A stretch of DNA of 64,000 nucleotides, taken from NCBI GenBank assembly GCA_965204535.1, contig CBDBEV010000001.1:384001-448000 (forward strand). Direction: 5' to 3'. Positions 62,173 through 64,000 of this stretch are shown here, piece by piece (within the stretch, counting starts at the first letter, position 1; each line of letters starts with the position of its first letter). A program made the translations under genes and the position numbers. The notes under the pieces are model-generated. The model was not told the DNA's origin. It saw nothing but the letters and a program-made list of their open reading frames with translations, and did no database searches. This stretch comes from a bacterium. Lineage in GTDB: Bacteria > UBA8248.

Positions 62173-63465
62173 CTAGTTGTTCATCGAAGCGAGGAAATCC
62201 TCGTTGGTCTTCGTCTCCTGGATTTTCTCGAGCAGGAGCTCCATCGAATCCACCACGCCAAGTGGCTGCAAGACCTTGCGCAACACCCAGACGCGGTTGA
62301 GCTCCTGCGGGCTGAGCAGCAATTCCTCTTTTCTCGTGCCGGACTTGTTGATGTCGACCGAGGGGAACACGCGCTTGTCGGAGAGTTTCCTGTCGAGGTG
62401 CACTTCCATGTTGCCCGTACCCTTGAACTCCTCGAAAATCACGTCGTCCATCCGGCTGCCCGTCTCCACCAGCGCCGTGGCGAGAATGGTGAGGCTGCCG
62501 CCTTCCTCCAGGTTGCGCGCCGCGCCGAAGAAACGCTTGGGCCGCTGGAGCGCGTTCGAGTCTACGCCGCCGGAGAGAACCTTCCCGCTCGGCGAGATGA
62601 TGGTGTTGTGCGCGCGCGCCAGCCGCGTGATGGAATCGAGCAGGATGACGACGTCCTGTTTGTGCTCGGTGAGCCTCTTCGCCTTTTCGATCACCATGTC
62701 CGCCACCTGCACGTGGCGGGAAGCGGGCTCGTCGAAGGTCGAGCTAATCACCTCACCGCGCACGGAGCGCTCCATGTCCGTGACTTCCTCGGGACGCTCG
62801 TCGATGAGCAAAACAATGAGATGCACGTCGGGGTGATTGGTGGCGATGCTCTTCGCGATGGACTGAAGCATCATCGTCTTGCCGGTTCTGGGTGCGGCGA
62901 CGATGAGGCCGCGCTGCCCGAAACCGATCGGCGTCATGAGGTCCAGCACGCGCGAACTCACCTCCTCGCCGGAAATTTCGAGCCCTATCCTGCGGTCCGG
63001 GTACAAGGGGGTGAGGTTATCGAACAGGACTTTGTCCTTGCTCGCCTCGGGTGGTTCGAAATTGATTTTCTCGACCTTCAAAAGCGCGAAATACCGCTCG
63101 CCCTCTTTCGGCTGGCGGATTTCACCGCTCACAGTATCGCCGGTGCGGAGATCGAAGCGGCGGATCTGGCTCGGGGAAACGTAAATATCGTCAGGACCGG
63201 GCAGATAGTTGTATGCGGGCGAACGCAGGAACCCGAACCCGTCCGGCAGAATCTCGAGTACGCCCTCTCCGGTGATGGTTCCGCCACCGCCGTTGCGGTC
63301 CTTGTCGGACTGCGCCTCGAGTATCTTGTATATCAGATCCTGTTTTCTGAGCCCGCTGGCGCTTTCGGAGTTGAACTCCTTGAGAATCTGGTTGAGCTCT
63401 CCGATGGTCTTTTTCTTCAGTTCCGCCAGGTTCAAGCTGCGAGATTTTGTTTCTGGTGTTGACAT
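62173..63465 (-). CDS. rho: Transcription termination factor Rho
   Basis: [55 protein letters not shown]. Confidence 0.99.
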   Translation of the reverse strand: MSTPETKSRSLNLAELKKKTIGELNQILKEFNSESASGLRKQDLIYKILEAQSDKDRNGGGGTITGEGVLEILPDGFGFLRSPAYNYLPGPDDIYVSPSQIRRFDLRTGDTVSGEIRQPKEGERYFALLKVEKINFEPPEASKDKVLFDNLTPLYPDRRIGLEISGEEVSSRVLDLMTPIGFGQRGLIVAAPRTGKTMMLQSIAKSIATNHPDVHLIVLLIDERPEEVTDMERSVRGEVISSTFDEPASRHVQVADMVIEKAKRLTEHKQDVVILLDSITRLARAHNTIISPSGKVLSGGVDSNALQRPKRFFGAARNLEEGGSLTILATALVETGSRMDDVIFEEFKGTGNMEVHLDRKLSDKRVFPSVDINKSGTRKEELLLSPQELNRVWVLRKVLQPLGVVDSMELLLEKIQETKTNEDFLASMNN

Positions 63466-63870
63466 AACTCCCTTCTCCTTGTTGGGTGGGAACCTTTTAC
63501 CGCCTGGAACGTGAGATGGCGCCTTCTGGTCGCACCACTCGCCACATTCTGCGCGGGGAGACTTTTCCTCCTAGCCTCAAGCGGTAAAGTTGATGTAATG
63601 AAATTCCTTCATGTCAGATTCAAAAGCGGGTTCTCATCGCCGGGTGTGATGCGAGGCGCGCATCCGGTGCTTTCAGAGCCGGCCAGGGGCGCGCAAAACC
63701 CGTTGCCGGATTGATATTCTTCCGAGGACAGAAATATGACTGAGTACCCTCGTAATTTCCAAGACAGATTTTTTCTCTTATCGAAATTTCCAAACCGTTG
63801 CGCATCAGATGGTGTTTGAAGTTCAGGGCGACGAAAACGTATCAGGAATAGAATTCAAAAGTGTTTTAAA

Positions 63871-63899
63871 AAAATAATCAGTTCAAACAAATTTGTCAA
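63871..63899 (-). promoter_or_regulatory. Putative sigma70 promoter of rho
   Basis: TTGACA-17 nt-TATTTT on the minus strand in AT-rich context. Confidence 0.55.
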
Positions 63900-63905
63900 C
63901 ACTTT

Positions 63906-64000
63906 TTATTTCATACCCCTGGAAAGTAATTTCATCAACTCCTCTACCTGCTTTCGGGTATCATCGATCGAGCCGCGATTGTCAATCACGTGATCCGCAT
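63906..64000 (-). CDS. coaE: Dephospho-CoA kinase, 3' end (truncated by window edge)
   Basis: Own translation ADHVIDNRGSIDDTRKQVEELMKLLSRGMK* matches the CoaE C-terminal AD-x-VIDN-x-G motif. Confidence 0.7.
   Translation of the reverse strand, partial: ADHVIDNRGSIDDTRKQVEELMKLLSRGMK

Overview
GC-rich bacterial chromosomal window, mostly core genome on the minus strand. The gene order resembles Nitrospinota/Desulfobacterota-type genomes (inference only). From right to left it holds: coaE (3' end), rho, rpmE, prfA, prmC, murA, hisG-D-B-H-A-F-IE, mutS2, dnaG, rpoD, tRNA-Ile2(CAT), a zinc-ribbon protein, RNase HI, rnpB, ilvA, purH, folC, folP, a TauE-family protein, panE, panB, a divergent cobS-like gene, a dcw cluster (mraZ to ftsZ, no ddl), pgeF-yggS-proC-yggT-divIVA-DUF167, mtnA and tRNA-Asp. 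The first 11.7 kb is accessory. It carries a periplasmic redox cluster (MauG-type diheme enzyme, NcgB/NcgC-like cytochromes c and a YVTN beta-propeller, with no nirK visible), a CoA-transferase/cupin/FGE-domain unit, and a TauABC/SsuABC-like ABC importer with two tandem ~85%-identical binding proteins. The most notable observations are the MauG-like cluster, a family of nested non-autonomous repeat elements found at two loci, an inverted pair of MraZ-box arrays around an extremely AT-rich spacer, a structured ~320-nt leader before mutS2-dnaG-rpoD, an L31 with a ~125-aa tail, and a motif-degenerate CobS. All calls come from motif recognition by eye; no searches were run.
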